A DNA stretch of 64,000 bases. It comes from an uncultured Planctomycetales bacterium. GTDB taxonomy: Bacteria; Omnitrophota; Gorgyraeia; Gygaellales; Profunditerraquicolaceae. This document shows, in pieces, positions 45,106 through 54,788 of this stretch (its first letter is position 1; each line of letters begins with the position of its first letter). The notes below the pieces were generated by a model, which was not told where the DNA came from, ran no database searches, and was given only the letters and a program-made list of their open reading frames with translations. The DNA lies in the NCBI GenBank assembly GCA_964545575.1, contig CAZJFL010000003.1, positions 55,000 through 118,999 of the forward strand, in the 5' to 3' direction. Position numbers and translations under genes: made by a program.

Positions 45106-45558
45106 TTATTCTGCTACCTGCGGTGCTATCGTATTATTAGAGGCATCCGGCATCGCCCCTTCTTCTTCGGGGGGTATTGCTTCGGTAGCTTCCGGCTTTT
45201 CTACGCTGATATTTTTGGCGATATTCTTTCCTTGGTCAGTAATGATATAATCGATGCTGACGTTATCCTGTATTCTAAGGTCGGCCAAAGATTTTACATT
45301 CTCGTAAGCGGTTTTATCGTCAGCGGTGATAAGCATTTGTTTTTCCGTATCCGTTTCATAATCGAGGTATTTGACCGAAATAGAGTTGGTTTGCGGATTG
45401 AGAGAAACTACCTCGCCCCAGAGCCATTGCACTTCCGGTTCACTGGCCAGAACCGGCTGTTCTTTATCCGCGCTCTCCTGCGAAACGCTAAGACCGTAAC
45501 CTAAAAGGATTAAACCAGCCGCTATAATACCCAGAATAAAATACCGCTTAAATTTCAT
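45106..45558 (-). CDS. Secreted hypothetical protein
   Basis: Signal peptide, GGAGG SD, OB-fold-like GEVVS...ISV...V.IDY, acidic tail. Confidence 0.6.
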   Translation of the reverse strand: MKFKRYFILGIIAAGLILLGYGLSVSQESADKEQPVLASEPEVQWLWGEVVSLNPQTNSISVKYLDYETDTEKQMLITADDKTAYENVKSLADLRIQDNVSIDYIITDQGKNIAKNISVEKPEATEAIPPEEEGAMPDASNNTIAPQVAE

Positions 45559-45612
45559 CTTCTCCTCCCTTTAACGAAATTGACTATAGCATAAGTTATA
45601 TTGTTTGTCAAG

Positions 45613-46887
45613 CTATCTCCAGATAAACCAGTTAAAGAGCGACCCTAAGAATACGGCGATCAGCGTAAAGGGCAGGCCTATCTTTAGGAATTCGCTGAAT
45701 TTTACCTGATAGCCCTGTTTGCGCAATATCCCCACGGTGACCACATTACAGGAGGCGCCGATCGGCGTAATATTGCCCCCCAAACAGGTTCCGATTAAAA
45801 GCCCGAATAAAAACGGATACATCGGCATGCCAAGATTTAAGGCTACAATTTTAGCTACCGGGATCATCGCTACGGTGTAAGGTATATTATCCACAAAGGC
45901 AGAGATCAAAACCGACATCCAGACTATCAGCATATAAGCAAAAAAGGCGTTTTGGCCGGTAAACGAAGATATATATTTGGCAATCTCCTCGATTACCCCG
46001 TTATAAGTAAGGCTTCCGACGAGGATAAATATCCCGATCAGGAAAAAGAAGGTCTGCCAGTCTAAATTCTTCACTAAAGAAATGCCCTCGCGGTGCTTCA
46101 GTTCATGCCAGATCAGCCCGACTGCTGCCCAGGATAAACAAATAATCGCCACCGTATGCTGGGGCTTATTCTGGATAAATGAAGCTAGCACCAGGCTTGC
46201 CACCATTAAAGACATTAGTATCGCCGGTACCCAGGTTTTAGGTCTAATAATTTTTATTTGCGGGGGTGCCTGTCTGTGCTTCTTAAAAATCAGCCATAAA
46301 ACAAAAAGGGCTCCGATGGCACCCAGTTCCACGGCAAAAAATATCCCGGGCCTGCCCTTCATCCAGAAAAAATCGTTAAAATTCATCCCGGATTGCATCG
46401 CCAGAATAATACTGGGAGAATCTCCGATCATCGTAGCCGTCCCCTGGAGATTTGCCGAGAGGGCTACTCCGATAAGCAGGGGAACCGGGTTTATCTTTAT
46501 ATGCCGGGCAATCTCCAAGGCTATCGGCGCCACAATTAAAACCGTAGCCACATTCTCGGTAAAGCTGGAGATAAAACCGCTTAGGCCGCAGACTAAGAGC
46601 ATGGCTACGGCTATGCTCTTAGATTTATCTACTAAATTGGCAGCCAGATACGCCGGCACTCCGGAATAAATAAACAGTCCGGATAAAATCATCGTGCCTA
46701 AAAAGACACCTAAGACATTGATGTTTATAGAGCCGACTGCCCCGGATAGATTTATTGCGGAGGTCAAAAAAAGCGTCGCGACGCCGATATACACCGCCAC
46801 CAATGCTAAGAAATGTTTCTGCCGGTTCATAAAGTAGCTGATAAAGGCATAACAAGCCAAAAATATGGCGAGCGCTAAATATTTCAT
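45613..46887 (-). CDS. ArsB/NhaD/SLC13 family transporter (divergent paralogue)
   Basis: SANLQG.ATMIGD, SAFVDNIP, GGNITPIGA; start at ATGA overlap 46887. Confidence 0.85.
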   Translation of the reverse strand: MKYLALAIFLACYAFISYFMNRQKHFLALVAVYIGVATLFLTSAINLSGAVGSININVLGVFLGTMILSGLFIYSGVPAYLAANLVDKSKSIAVAMLLVCGLSGFISSFTENVATVLIVAPIALEIARHIKINPVPLLIGVALSANLQGTATMIGDSPSIILAMQSGMNFNDFFWMKGRPGIFFAVELGAIGALFVLWLIFKKHRQAPPQIKIIRPKTWVPAILMSLMVASLVLASFIQNKPQHTVAIICLSWAAVGLIWHELKHREGISLVKNLDWQTFFFLIGIFILVGSLTYNGVIEEIAKYISSFTGQNAFFAYMLIVWMSVLISAFVDNIPYTVAMIPVAKIVALNLGMPMYPFLFGLLIGTCLGGNITPIGASCNVVTVGILRKQGYQVKFSEFLKIGLPFTLIAVFLGSLFNWFIWR

Positions 46888-48266
46888 CGGTAGATAGGAG
46901 TAAATATCAGGATAAGCCAGACTACACAAGTAGTAACTAATCCGACTGTAAGGCCAACCCAGAACCACCTAAAAAATGTCACGCGGATATTCTTCTCTTT
47001 TTCTAATATACCTAAAGCAACAATATTTGCGGTTGAACCGACCAGGGTAATATTGCCACCGAAGCAGCCCCCGAAGAGTAATGCCCACCATAAAGGTTGT
47101 AGGTTTAGATTTAAACCCTGAAAGCTCTGGATGACCGGGATAAAAGCCGCAACCAGCACCACGTTATCCAGGATGCTCGAACCTATAGTAGAGATCCAGA
47201 GCACTATTCCGATTAGGACCGGCAGGCTATTACCGGCAAAGCCAGCTAGTTTTTTTGCCAGAACATCCGTTGCTCCGGTGTATTTAAGTGTTCCTGCCTG
47301 GGCAAAGAGCAATAAAAAGAATAAAAGCGTCCACCACTCCACATCCTTCTCGATATAATCCCTAGCCTTCTGCCATTTCCAAGCCATCACCAAGCCGCTT
47401 GAGATAAGCGGTATGGTCAGCAATACGGTATTGGGCTTCAGGTGCCAAAGGACTTCCAGGCGGTGGTGAAAGGCAATCGAAAGTAAGGTTGCGCCGAAGA
47501 TTGATAATCCTATCTTAAGCTCCTTCTCCGGCGGAATGGAAATGAGCTTAATAAGCATATCATTGGCGCCTAACTCTTTCATCTTACGGTCTAGTTCAGC
47601 TAACGGCTTTCTGTACCAAAACTTCACAATAAGAATCGCAACTATAAGGCACAATAACATCACCGGAAAAGCCTTGATAATAAAGTCTTCGAAAGTAAGC
47701 CCGGACTTGGTGGCAATCAGCACGCCGATGGGGTTGCCCAGCACCGTGCCGCTTGAGCCAATGTTGGTGGCTAAGACCGAAATGATTAAAAAGGGCGTAG
47801 GCTCAACTTCAAAATAATCGCAGATTTCAAAGATTGCCGCCACGACAAAAATAATCGAGGTCACCTCATCAATAGCGCAGGCAAGCAGCCCCGAAATGAC
47901 CGAAATAATAATAAGAAACTTATTGGCAGTGAGGTTTTTTAAACGCAGAATGAGGCTGACAATCCAGGCGAAGAAGCCGGAGTCTTTAAGTAATCCCACC
48001 AAAACCATCATCCCTACCAGAAAAAGGATAACTTCCAGGGATGAAAACTTTACTACATTATCCAAATCTATAGTCTGGGTTATCAATAATACGGAGGTAC
48101 CCAGGAAGGCAAAAGTCAGGCGGAAACTCCAAAAAAAGAGCGTGCCTAATATAGAGAAGGAGAATATCGAAATGGATAATGCCTGCGAAAGATTTAAGCC
48201 GATCTTTAAGCTCAGGAAAAATAACCCCGCTGCTATAGCCGCGACAAAAATTAGCTTCTTGAGCAA
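46884..48266 (-). CDS. ArsB/NhaD/SLC13 family transporter
   Basis: ATNIGS..T.LGNP, SILDNV, GGNITLVGSTAN; TTG start. Confidence 0.87.
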   Translation of the reverse strand: MLKKLIFVAAIAAGLFFLSLKIGLNLSQALSISIFSFSILGTLFFWSFRLTFAFLGTSVLLITQTIDLDNVVKFSSLEVILFLVGMMVLVGLLKDSGFFAWIVSLILRLKNLTANKFLIIISVISGLLACAIDEVTSIIFVVAAIFEICDYFEVEPTPFLIISVLATNIGSSGTVLGNPIGVLIATKSGLTFEDFIIKAFPVMLLCLIVAILIVKFWYRKPLAELDRKMKELGANDMLIKLISIPPEKELKIGLSIFGATLLSIAFHHRLEVLWHLKPNTVLLTIPLISSGLVMAWKWQKARDYIEKDVEWWTLLFFLLLFAQAGTLKYTGATDVLAKKLAGFAGNSLPVLIGIVLWISTIGSSILDNVVLVAAFIPVIQSFQGLNLNLQPLWWALLFGGCFGGNITLVGSTANIVALGILEKEKNIRVTFFRWFWVGLTVGLVTTCVVWLILIFTPIYR

Positions 48267-48290
48267 TTTATTTATCCTTTTACCTGTAGC

Positions 48291-49673
48291 TTAACGGTAC
48301 ATCGGAAGAAATAAAAGTGCCGCCCAGACTACTATGGTAGTCACCACTCCCACCGTAAGGCCAATCCAGAACCAGCGGAAAAAAGTCATACGGATATTCT
48401 TTTCTTTTTCTAAGATACCTAAGGCCACGATATTGGCGGTAGAACCGACTAAAGTGATATTCCCTCCGAAGCAGCCGCCGAAAAGCAACGCCCACCATAG
48501 AGGATGTAGATTAAGATTCAAGCCCTGAAAACTCTGGATGACAGGAATAAATGCCGCCACTAAAACTACGTTATCCAGCATACTGGAACCTATGGTAGAG
48601 ACCCACAGAACTATACCGATTAAAACTGAAAGGCTATTACCGGCTAAAGAAGACAGATTTTTGGCCAAGACATCGGTTGCACCGGTATATTTGAGTGTGC
48701 CTGCCTGGGCAAAAAGCAGCATAAAAAATAAAAGCGTCCACCATTCTACGTCTTTCTCCACATAATCGCGCGCCCTGCGCCACTTCCAAATCATCACTGC
48801 GCCGCTGGCAAAAAGCGGCATGGTCAAAAGCACAGTGTTAGGCTCAAGGTGCCAGAGAAGCTCCAGGCGGTGGTGGAGCGAGATAAAAAAGAGAGTTGCT
48901 GCGAAAATCGCTAGGCTGATTTTCAGTTCTTTTTCCGGCGGGACGGAGATGAGCTTAATGAGCATTTCGTTAGCCCCTAATTTTACGATATGTTCATCCA
49001 TTTGCTTTATGGTTTTTCTGTACCAAATAAGCACCACGAAAATCATCACCACCAAACATCCCATTGCCAGAGGAAAGGCTTTAACAATAAAATCCTCAAA
49101 AGTCAGTCCTGCCTTGGAAGCAATCAGGATTCCTACAGGATTACCCAATACCGTAGCGGCGCTGCCGATATTGGTAGCCAGCACGGAAATAATTATAAAC
49201 GGGACGGCGTCAACATCGAAATAATCGCAGATTTCTAATACCGCCGCCACCATAAAAATGATGGAGACGACTTCCGAAGTCATAGTGGATAAAAGTGCGG
49301 AGACTATGGAGATTATGACCACAAACTTAGTGGCGGTCAGGTTCTTGATCCTAAGTATCAGCTGCACTATCCAGGCAAAAAAACCCGCCTCTTTAAGAAG
49401 CCCTACCAAAATCATCATCCCTACGAGGAAAAGGATAACGTCCAAAGAAGCAAACTTAATCACATTCTCCAGGTCTATGGTGCGGCTCATCAGAAGTATC
49501 GAGATGCCTAAAAAAGCAAAACCCAGACGGAAATCCCAAAAGAACAATGTCCCTAATATAGACGCGGAAAATATGGATATGGCGGTGGCTTGATGAAAAT
49601 TAAGCCCGATATTTCTGCTTAAAAAACCTAAGCTTAAAGATATCAGAATAAGAATGATAAACTTTTTTACCAT
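48291..49673 (-). CDS. ArsB/NhaD/SLC13 family transporter (tandem paralogue)
   Basis: Same motifs and same length (460 aa) as 46884-48266. Confidence 0.87.
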   Translation of the reverse strand: MVKKFIILILISLSLGFLSRNIGLNFHQATAISIFSASILGTLFFWDFRLGFAFLGISILLMSRTIDLENVIKFASLDVILFLVGMMILVGLLKEAGFFAWIVQLILRIKNLTATKFVVIISIVSALLSTMTSEVVSIIFMVAAVLEICDYFDVDAVPFIIISVLATNIGSAATVLGNPVGILIASKAGLTFEDFIVKAFPLAMGCLVVMIFVVLIWYRKTIKQMDEHIVKLGANEMLIKLISVPPEKELKISLAIFAATLFFISLHHRLELLWHLEPNTVLLTMPLFASGAVMIWKWRRARDYVEKDVEWWTLLFFMLLFAQAGTLKYTGATDVLAKNLSSLAGNSLSVLIGIVLWVSTIGSSMLDNVVLVAAFIPVIQSFQGLNLNLHPLWWALLFGGCFGGNITLVGSTANIVALGILEKEKNIRMTFFRWFWIGLTVGVVTTIVVWAALLFLPMYR

Positions 49674-49678
49674 AATAA

Positions 49679-50116
49679 TCAGCTAGTGAGGGCACTGAGC
49701 ACATCGCAGCGTGCCACGATGCCCACTACTTTACCGGATTTATCCACTACCGGGACACGGCGGGCTTTCTGGGTCAGAATGACCCTGGCCACCTCGCAGA
49801 TAGTAGTATCTTCCGTAGTAGTAATCACGTCTTTACGCATCAATTGGGCAACCTTCATCTTGCTTAATTCCTCGGCCTTCCTCTTGGTGGATTTTGGGTT
49901 TTCTTCATAGATAAATCTTCCTACTTTTTCTATATAGCTGGGCAGGATATACGACAGGATATCTTTTTCGGTAAACATCCCCACCAGCTTGCCATCTTTA
50001 TCAATAACAGGCAGCCCGCTAATTTCCATTTTCTTTAATAAATCCAACGCTTCCTGTGCACTAGTATCCGGAAAGACACTTATCACATCTTTAGTCATAA
50101 TCTCTTTTACCTTCAT
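49679..50116 (-). CDS. CBS-pair protein
   Basis: VKEIMT..V, SGLPVID..GKLVG, RVPVVD..GKVVGIV. Confidence 0.9.
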   Translation of the reverse strand: MKVKEIMTKDVISVFPDTSAQEALDLLKKMEISGLPVIDKDGKLVGMFTEKDILSYILPSYIEKVGRFIYEENPKSTKRKAEELSKMKVAQLMRKDVITTTEDTTICEVARVILTQKARRVPVVDKSGKVVGIVARCDVLSALTS

Positions 50117-50135
50117 CTCTCCTCCTTATCAAAAG

Positions 50136-50702
50136 TTATAATATTTCTTTAAGGCGGGACTTTAGTTTTAAATATATTACGGAAGCGCAAAAGGCCTTTA
50201 CTAAATCTCCTGTAAGAAACGGTAGGAATCCGATCAATAACAGCTTGTCCCACGAATAACCAAAAATGACTTTAAGCCAGATAGTCCCGCTGGCTAAAAG
50301 TATCAAGTCGCCCAAACAAAAGACGGCCAGCGTATAAAATAAATTATCCGGGGTATATTTTATAAATCTACCGATAAACAGGGCGGCTAAAATAAAACCT
50401 AAGAGGTAGCCTCCGGTAGGACCAAAAAAATATAATAAACCGCTGCCTGCGCCGCTAAATATAGGAATACCTACCAGACCCAGAAAGATATAGCTGGCTT
50501 GAGTAACTGCCCCGAAACCGCTTCCTAAGAAAGCTGCGGATAAGAGCACAAAAAATGTCTGTAGCGTAAGCGGCACCGGACTAAAGGGCAAGGGGATACG
50601 CACAAAAGCGCCCAGGCTCATCAGGATTACAAAAATCAATACCCCCAGAATCCGGCTTACGGCCCTGTTAAGAGTGATTTCCTTGGTCAGAATAGTCTCC
50701 AT
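50136..50702 (-). CDS. bioY: Biotin transporter BioY
   Basis: PVPLTLQT, GPTGGYLLGF, PFLTGDLVK. Confidence 0.92.
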   Translation of the reverse strand: METILTKEITLNRAVSRILGVLIFVILMSLGAFVRIPLPFSPVPLTLQTFFVLLSAAFLGSGFGAVTQASYIFLGLVGIPIFSGAGSGLLYFFGPTGGYLLGFILAALFIGRFIKYTPDNLFYTLAVFCLGDLILLASGTIWLKVIFGYSWDKLLLIGFLPFLTGDLVKAFCASVIYLKLKSRLKEIL

Positions 50703-50753
50703 GATTATTCTCCCGCGATAATGAAAATTGAATTTTTAGAATAAGCTTATAAC

Positions 50754-50933
50754 CTACTCTTTGGCTATTGCCAGGGTAATGATGCCTGCCAGAAGCAGAA
50801 ACGGCCCGGCGCAACCTTTAATCACTAGCCATGTCTCCTGCCACCAGAGGCGCCCGATCAACAGATAGATTGCCAGCCCTAAGAAAACTAACCCCAAGAC
50901 CGCTTTCAGAATAGTCCCTAATAACTTGCCCAT
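50754..50933 (-). CDS. Small 2-TM hypothetical protein (59 aa)
   Basis: AGGAGG SD before MGKLLG...; two hydrophobic helices. Confidence 0.6.
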   Translation of the reverse strand: MGKLLGTILKAVLGLVFLGLAIYLLIGRLWWQETWLVIKGCAGPFLLLAGIITLAIAKE

Positions 50934-50934
50934 A

Positions 50935-51864
50935 CTATCCACCTCCTTCTGTGTTCGGCCTGCTCTTCCAGCGCCGATGAATCCAGCTCCATTCCGCCGG
51001 ATAGCGCCGGATGTAAGATTCAATGATATCGGTGAGCTTCTGAATATTGATCTGCACAAACTCTTGGCGCATCTTTCCTTCCGCCAGATTAAAAGGCGGC
51101 TCAAAGATAATTTTATGGGTATCGTCTTTCTGGCGCAGAATGAAGCAGGGTAATATAGGGGCGCCGGTACGCTGCGCCAGGACCACCGGCCCCGTAGCGG
51201 TAGCTGCTTTCTTGCCGAAAAAATCTACGAAGACGCCACCTGCTGAGCCGAAGTTCTGGTCGATAGGAATAAAGACTATTTCGCTGCCGCGCAATGACCT
51301 GATAGTCGCCTCGACGCAGGCGCGGCGCGGCTGGCTGTAGATAGTTTTTATGCCAAAGCGGGTACGCGCGCCCAAAAACATCTTTTCCGCGCGCTCATCG
51401 CGCATCGGCCGCATAATACCGGCGATTTTATATCCCTGGAGGCTTAGCTTCGACATCAGCAGAGGAAAATTACCAAAATGCGCGCTCACCAAAATCACGC
51501 CTTTGCCCTGGGATAGGGCGGCATCCAGGTTATCTTGGCCGGCTATCTGCACGCGTTTTTTTACTAGCGCCGGCTTATTTAAGAAATACATCATCTCCAT
51601 CCCGCCCTTGGCCATAAAAATAAAACTATCTCTGGCTATCCGTTCTATCTCCTCTTTCGACTTCTCGTTGCCGAAGGCAATACTTAAGCTTTCCAAGGCG
51701 GTCTTTCTCTGTTTGGCGGCGATACGGTAGCCTAGACGGGAGGCATTTTGCGCAAAAGCGTATACCCAACTTCTCGGAAGTATGCTGACCAGCAAAGCAG
51801 CAAAGTTTAAACCCAGCCACCCCAGGTAACGGCTGATGGCAAGGCGTATTTTTTTTGTATCCAT
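50935..51864 (-). CDS. Lipid A late acyltransferase (LpxL/HtrB family)
   Basis: SAHFGNF, DQ, VDFFG, P.EW.W.HRRWK. Confidence 0.87.
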   Translation of the reverse strand: MDTKKIRLAISRYLGWLGLNFAALLVSILPRSWVYAFAQNASRLGYRIAAKQRKTALESLSIAFGNEKSKEEIERIARDSFIFMAKGGMEMMYFLNKPALVKKRVQIAGQDNLDAALSQGKGVILVSAHFGNFPLLMSKLSLQGYKIAGIMRPMRDERAEKMFLGARTRFGIKTIYSQPRRACVEATIRSLRGSEIVFIPIDQNFGSAGGVFVDFFGKKAATATGPVVLAQRTGAPILPCFILRQKDDTHKIIFEPPFNLAEGKMRQEFVQINIQKLTDIIESYIRRYPAEWSWIHRRWKSRPNTEGGG

Positions 51865-52353
51865 CTAAAGCTTATATCCTAACTGGCGTAAGAAATTTTT
51901 ACGCCAGGCGATATCCTCTGTAGATTCCAGCCCTTTGGGCTTTGCGCCGTCAATAACACCGAGGATGCCGCGGCCCATATCGGTCTCGGCAATAATCACT
52001 TCTACGGGGTTAGCAGAAGCACAGTAGATATTGCAGACCTCGGGTATATTTTTAAGCGCGTTTAAAATATTAATCGGGTAGGCATTCTTGATAAAGATGA
52101 TAAAGCTGTGTCCGGCCGCGATTTCTAAAGCGTTCTCCGCGGCTAACTTCTTAAACTCCCCATCATTGCCCTCCACTCTCACTTTGCAGGCTCCGGAAGA
52201 TTCCACAAACGCCAAACCGAACTGGATACCCGGGACATTGTTTACCAGCATTTCGTAGATATCTTCCACGGTCTTAATAAAGTGGCTCTGGCCCAATATA
52301 AAATTTACCTCGGCGGGCTTCTGAATTTTTACTACCTTTAACTCTACCGTCAC
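51865..52353 (-). CDS. Adenosine-specific kinase family (DUF355)
   Basis: GQSHFIKTVED, CASANP, GRGILGVIDG. Confidence 0.85.
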   Translation of the reverse strand: MTVELKVVKIQKPAEVNFILGQSHFIKTVEDIYEMLVNNVPGIQFGLAFVESSGACKVRVEGNDGEFKKLAAENALEIAAGHSFIIFIKNAYPINILNALKNIPEVCNIYCASANPVEVIIAETDMGRGILGVIDGAKPKGLESTEDIAWRKNFLRQLGYKL

Positions 52354-52402
52354 TGTCCTCTCCTTCTTTTATATCTTAACATAAAACTTAAAGAGCATAC
52401 AA

Positions 52403-53770
52403 TTATTTCTTTAGGCTTATCTTTCGGAAAGCCGAGGTATTTACCGAAAACAGCGCAGCGTAGGTTTTGGCGCAGGCTAATACAAAATCCGGATCGCCCA
52501 AAACCCTAACCGGTACGGCCAAAACCAGCCAATCATCCCCTGACTCTACACGCAATCCTTGCGGCTCGACTAATTTATTCGCATCCCAGACCCTGATCTT
52601 TCTGCCCTTAAGAATAATGCGGATCTTAGACATGCTAGGAAACGGCTTCTTATAACTGTAGCCGAAAAGGTAAAATCCGAAGCTCATTTTGCTGCCGCGG
52701 ATCTGCATTTTATCTATGCGAATCAAAAGGGCATCCTCTTCTACCGAATAAGTAACTCTGCCTTGCCCCAAAGAAGAAGCACCCCCTTCTGCATCTGAAC
52801 CCGTGTACATAGCCGACTCTCCTAAAAATTCTTTCTGTTTTGGCTCTACGTCGGGGTAATCGCTGAATAATTCGTTCCTACGGGCAAAAGACAACAGGTA
52901 AAAGGCGCTGGATTCCGTCTGGCTTTTATACGAGAGGATTGCTTGATATTTATTATCTATTTGCGCCCCTGCCAGTTCTTGTTTAAACCAGTGTATGGAC
53001 GTATCCGCAAATTGTTCGGGCGGAATTAACGGTAATTCCGGATGATAGCGCCGGGGAAGAGGCCAGCCTACCCAGTGGACAAGATAAGGATAAATCTCGG
53101 GCCTTGGAATATCTTTATTCAGGTCAGCAAGGGCGACCTGCAAAAAGAGGTAGAGCGCTTTATGGTCGAGGTTCGCGTCAGCGGGGTGCGAGACAAAAAT
53201 CTTATTGGGCTGATACTCTCCAATGATGCTTTCCAAATCCGCCAGAATACTCTCTCCTTTATAGGGCGCGCCAAAAGAACGGTTTTCTCGGTAGGGGACG
53301 GAAGAGACGCGGGTCAGCATGGTCTTAAAGGGCGACACCTCTTGCCAATGTTTAGCGAATATGGCAAACGTCCCGGAATCCGGATACCCCAGAAAAATAA
53401 GGTTGTTTTCGCCTAAGCCCAATAGCTTCATCGCCTCTATCGCTTCTTTGCGGCGCACCTCCCCCAGATGGATAAATTCACTTTTTCTTAAGGGGATCCT
53501 TTTTTCGTAAACGATAAAAGCAAACTGATTATGCTCTCCGTTTGTAAGATAGACGACGCGTATGTTTGCTCCGCTATCGATGGCCTGCTGGATGATACCG
53601 GCGCAAGCGATTGTTTCGTCGTCGGGGTGGGGAACGAGGATAAGAATCCGGTCCTGTTTTTTAAAAAGGGGCAGATTGTCAATTTGGACACGGTCTGTTT
53701 GCGGATAGGCTAAAGCATAAAATAAGCACAGCCAAAGACAAACACAAAAAATCTTTTTCGTCATCGTCAA
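52403..53770 (-). CDS. PIG-L/LmbE family deacetylase, secreted
   Basis: PHPDDE, TNGE, R..EA, LGYPD, DH. Confidence 0.85.
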   Translation of the reverse strand: MTMTKKIFCVCLWLCLFYALAYPQTDRVQIDNLPLFKKQDRILILVPHPDDETIACAGIIQQAIDSGANIRVVYLTNGEHNQFAFIVYEKRIPLRKSEFIHLGEVRRKEAIEAMKLLGLGENNLIFLGYPDSGTFAIFAKHWQEVSPFKTMLTRVSSVPYRENRSFGAPYKGESILADLESIIGEYQPNKIFVSHPADANLDHKALYLFLQVALADLNKDIPRPEIYPYLVHWVGWPLPRRYHPELPLIPPEQFADTSIHWFKQELAGAQIDNKYQAILSYKSQTESSAFYLLSFARRNELFSDYPDVEPKQKEFLGESAMYTGSDAEGGASSLGQGRVTYSVEEDALLIRIDKMQIRGSKMSFGFYLFGYSYKKPFPSMSKIRIILKGRKIRVWDANKLVEPQGLRVESGDDWLVLAVPVRVLGDPDFVLACAKTYAALFSVNTSAFRKISLKK

Positions 53771-53894
53771 AATCAGGATTGCGCTTCTTGCTTAAGGAAA
53801 TAATTTTATCATAAGCGCGGCCATAAATCAATACGTTCTGGAAGGAACAATAAAGCAGTTGAAATAAGGGTTAAATAAATATATAATTATTTAT

Positions 53895-54788
53895 ATGGCG
53901 AAGCCAATAGACGAACACTACAGAACAATCAGATATGTGCTGCTGGTGATCCTCCTCTTGAACTGGGCAGTAGCCGCGGCCAAGATCATCTACGGGCTCT
54001 TGACGCGCTGCGCCAGTATGACTGCCGACGGCTTCCACTCCCTTGCCGACGGCGCCTCCAATATCATCGGCCTGATAGGCATCGCCCTGGCCTGCCAACC
54101 TAAAGATACAGATCATCCCTACGGCCACAAGAAATACGAAACCTTATTCTCGCTTGTCATCGCAGCGCTCTTATTTGTGGTTTGTTTTAACCTCTTTAAG
54201 GAGGGTCTAAAACGCATCCTCCATCCGGTCATACCCGAAATCAATATCACGAGCTTTATAGTAATGTTAACTACGCTGGCGGTGAATATCTGGGTGATGA
54301 AATATGAATATACGAAAGGCAAAGCTCTGCAAAGTGACATCCTGATTTCCGATTCCATGCATACAAGAGCGGATATCTTTACTTCCCTGTCGGTTATCAT
54401 CGCGCTGGTCGCGGTAAAAATCGGCCTGCCAATCATCGACCCTATCGCCACAATCATGATTTCGCTGTTTATCGCCCATGCCGGCTGGCAGATCACCAAA
54501 GAAAGCTCTGCCGTCCTCTGCGACAGCGCAGCGATACTGGAAGATAAAAAAATAGTGGATATTGTCCTGGGGGTCAAAGGCGTGAAGACCTGCCATAAAA
54601 TACGCACGCGCGGAAGGCCAGATGATATCCATGTTGACTTACATGTGCAAGTCAATCCTGATATGCACGTAGATAATGCCCACCGGGTAAGCTATGCTAT
54701 CGAAGGCGCGATTAAGCAAAATATCCCTAACGTCACCGACGTCATCGTGCACATCGAGCCGCAGGAAAAAATTTCAAATTCCCCTTAG
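53895..54788 (+). CDS. Cation diffusion facilitator (FieF-like)
   Basis: ADGFHSLAD, HPYGH.K.E, H...D, VHIEP. Confidence 0.92.
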   Translation: MAKPIDEHYRTIRYVLLVILLLNWAVAAAKIIYGLLTRCASMTADGFHSLADGASNIIGLIGIALACQPKDTDHPYGHKKYETLFSLVIAALLFVVCFNLFKEGLKRILHPVIPEINITSFIVMLTTLAVNIWVMKYEYTKGKALQSDILISDSMHTRADIFTSLSVIIALVAVKIGLPIIDPIATIMISLFIAHAGWQITKESSAVLCDSAAILEDKKIVDIVLGVKGVKTCHKIRTRGRPDDIHVDLHVQVNPDMHVDNAHRVSYAIEGAIKQNIPNVTDVIVHIEPQEKISNSP

